The notes below the pieces were generated by a model. The model worked only from the letters and a program-made list of their open reading frames with translations, was not told where the DNA came from and ran no database searches. The position numbers and the translations under genes are program-made. Positions 62,101 to 64,000 of a DNA stretch of 64,000 bases are shown in pieces. Numbering within the stretch: the stretch's first letter is position 1; the number at the start of each line of letters is the position of its first letter. Source of the DNA: Lophium mytilinum (taxonomy: Eukaryota); assembly GCA_010093605.1 (NCBI GenBank), contig MU004198.1, positions 808,726-872,725 on the forward strand, given 5' to 3'.

Positions 62101-64000
62101 CTCTCACCACTGCATCGTGCCCCTCGGCGCCAACAACGCTGCCACGCTCGTGGACCCCAGCCCCCGGCCTCCCCGGAGGAGTGCTAGGGCGCCGCCGCTA
62201 GGGACTTTGGCTTCTCCAGAATTGCTGTCGATCACCGGCGGGAAGGGGTCAGGGTTCGTTCGGCGCGTCGGCCTCATCTTGTCTCTGGCACGCTGGGGGC
62301 AGCCGCCACAACACCATGCCACCAACGGGGCTGCCTAGGTCTTATCGAGGCTATCGGCTCGTGTGCTTGCCTATACGGGACTGGTCGCCGTAGTCGTGGG
62401 AGCGAGCTCAGAGCCGTCATCATCGTTTCGGTAGCGAGCATGATCGTCGGTCTTTCTCGATAGCGCCATGGTCCATGGATATTAATGGCCCCTTTCCTCA
62501 CGCGACGATGGCCCATCGCCCGTCACACTGCATGCTTTCTTTCCAGCGCGGTGCTGGAGGTGGTGGTGACAACCGCAGCCGTCGAATGGAGGGACGATGA
62601 GACCCTGGCGCGGTGCTGGCTTTCCAAATGACATCTCATCGTCATCCGCTGCGGAGTACTTGAGGCCACCTTTCCAACACCAGCGGCGCAGCACACGATG
62701 GAGCCCGGCAGAGCACGGCGGACGCGCGTTTGCCCTCGCCCTCGCAGCCGTGGCTCTGGTCGACAAAGGCGGGCCCATGGCCGCATCCACAGTGCGCTCG
62801 TCTCTGACAAGGCGGCCGCCGGTGGCACTGGATTGATCCGTACAGGCAGCCGAGCAACCTTGAAAGTGTGCTGATGCGTTCCGGAACGCATCTGGCTGGC
62901 GGTTGGATGCTCCCCCCGTTTCAGAGGGCGACTCCACATGGGCGAAAGAGGCAGCGTGCTTTCCATGGGCGGGTCTGGGACAGGGACGCTGTGCTGGGCT
63001 AATGTCCGCGCCTGTCGACCCCCAAGGCGGCTAGAGGGAGTCCACGGTGGTGGTTCTGCACCAGGCTGGAGAAAGTGGAGCTGCCAACGAGGCTGAAGGC
63101 TGCCCATGCGATGCCTGCGCAGGCGGCCACGGTGATTGATGCAATTTCCGTGCTACGGCTGCCGTTGCAAGTGCGACAAGCCAGCGTGCAGATGCTGAAT
63201 TGCCGCTGCGACCGCCCGTTGGTCAGCGCCTGCTGCTGGCCGGCATCTGCTGGGAATCGATTCCGTCTGGTCGCCCGCTGGGCTGGCATGGACGGCATGG
63301 ATGGCGCGGGCCTCGCAGGGCGATTCTGGAAACTGGCAAAGCCGTTCGTCTGGGAGAAGCGAATCACCAGCCGCTCCAGTGCCCATTTGCGCTGCCAGAT
63401 CGCACCAGGCAAACCATTCGGCCCCCTGTCCGGCCCTCCGCTGCCCCAAGCCCACGCACTCTGTCCGAAACCTTGCCCGCCATGGCCCAAGGCCCCTTCA
63501 TGTGGGTGCATCGACACGAGCGCTCAGCGCCCGTCGCCGTCCGTCTGCCACGCCCATCACACCTCCACCACCTCCACCCACCACCCCAGCCCGCCCTAAC
63601 GAGCCTCCTGTGCGGCGCTCCCCGTCGTACGATTGGCTTGGCCCGCCAAGCATTCATGCCCTCTCGCGCGGCTAAACAAGGGCGGGCGACGTGCCGATGC
63701 TGCCATGCACCGCGTCCTTCCTTCGTCCAACATCGACGCCGGCCTAGTTTCCAGCCTGCAAAAGGACGACTGACCGCCTCGACGACCGACCCCCATGCCC
63801 ATTGCTCGAAACCTTGCTTGCGCCCAGCTGAGTCGCCGCCGCAACGCGAACTCGGGAGTCTAGTCGCACTAACCCTCCTCGCATCGTCGTCGTGAGAGTG
63901 GTGGTTGCCGTGTCTGGGGAGGGCCCAGCACATGCGGCACAGATCCGTTGCGCCATGATACATACCCGCGCGCTGAGGTAGGCCCGTCCTGTGATTTGGT

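Noticed and set aside
59207..63963. Multiple 150-245 aa ORFs on both strands
   Set aside because: Overlapping, low-complexity, no codon bias or domains; typical of GC-rich non-coding DNA.

Overview
Genomic DNA of a filamentous ascomycete (Pezizomycotina-type: short GT-AG introns with CTRAC/CTAAT branch sites and RIP-mutated repeats). The left half (1-33 kb) is accessory-like. It holds a DCG1/hydantoin racemase-like gene, a very acidic repeat protein, a putative solo LTR, a RIP-damaged Tc1/mariner (Impala-like) transposon and a PTH11-like membrane protein. It also holds a 10.5 kb heavily RIPed chromovirus-type Ty3/Gypsy element (161-bp LTRs, AAAGG target duplication), two zinc-finger regulators and a pair of inverted paralogues of an unrecognised family, one of them a pseudogene. 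The right half (33-56 kb) is mostly housekeeping genes: thioredoxin, a WDR44-like WD40 protein, RNR small subunit, a SAM methyltransferase, PDI TigA/ERp38, HSBP1, EBP2, RNase T1 family and Sec61-alpha. About 7.5 kb of apparently non-coding, increasingly GC-rich sequence follows. The best leads are: a long, strand-specific (G-U-supported) RNA structure filling a 397-nt intron of the WDR44-like gene; paired MCB (ACGCGT) boxes inside the RNR2 introns; an R3H-like + double Zn2Cys6 + broken Myb-like regulator; an internally duplicated unknown domain family; and several kb of extra coding-like cargo inside the Gypsy element. All calls were made by eye, with no database searches.
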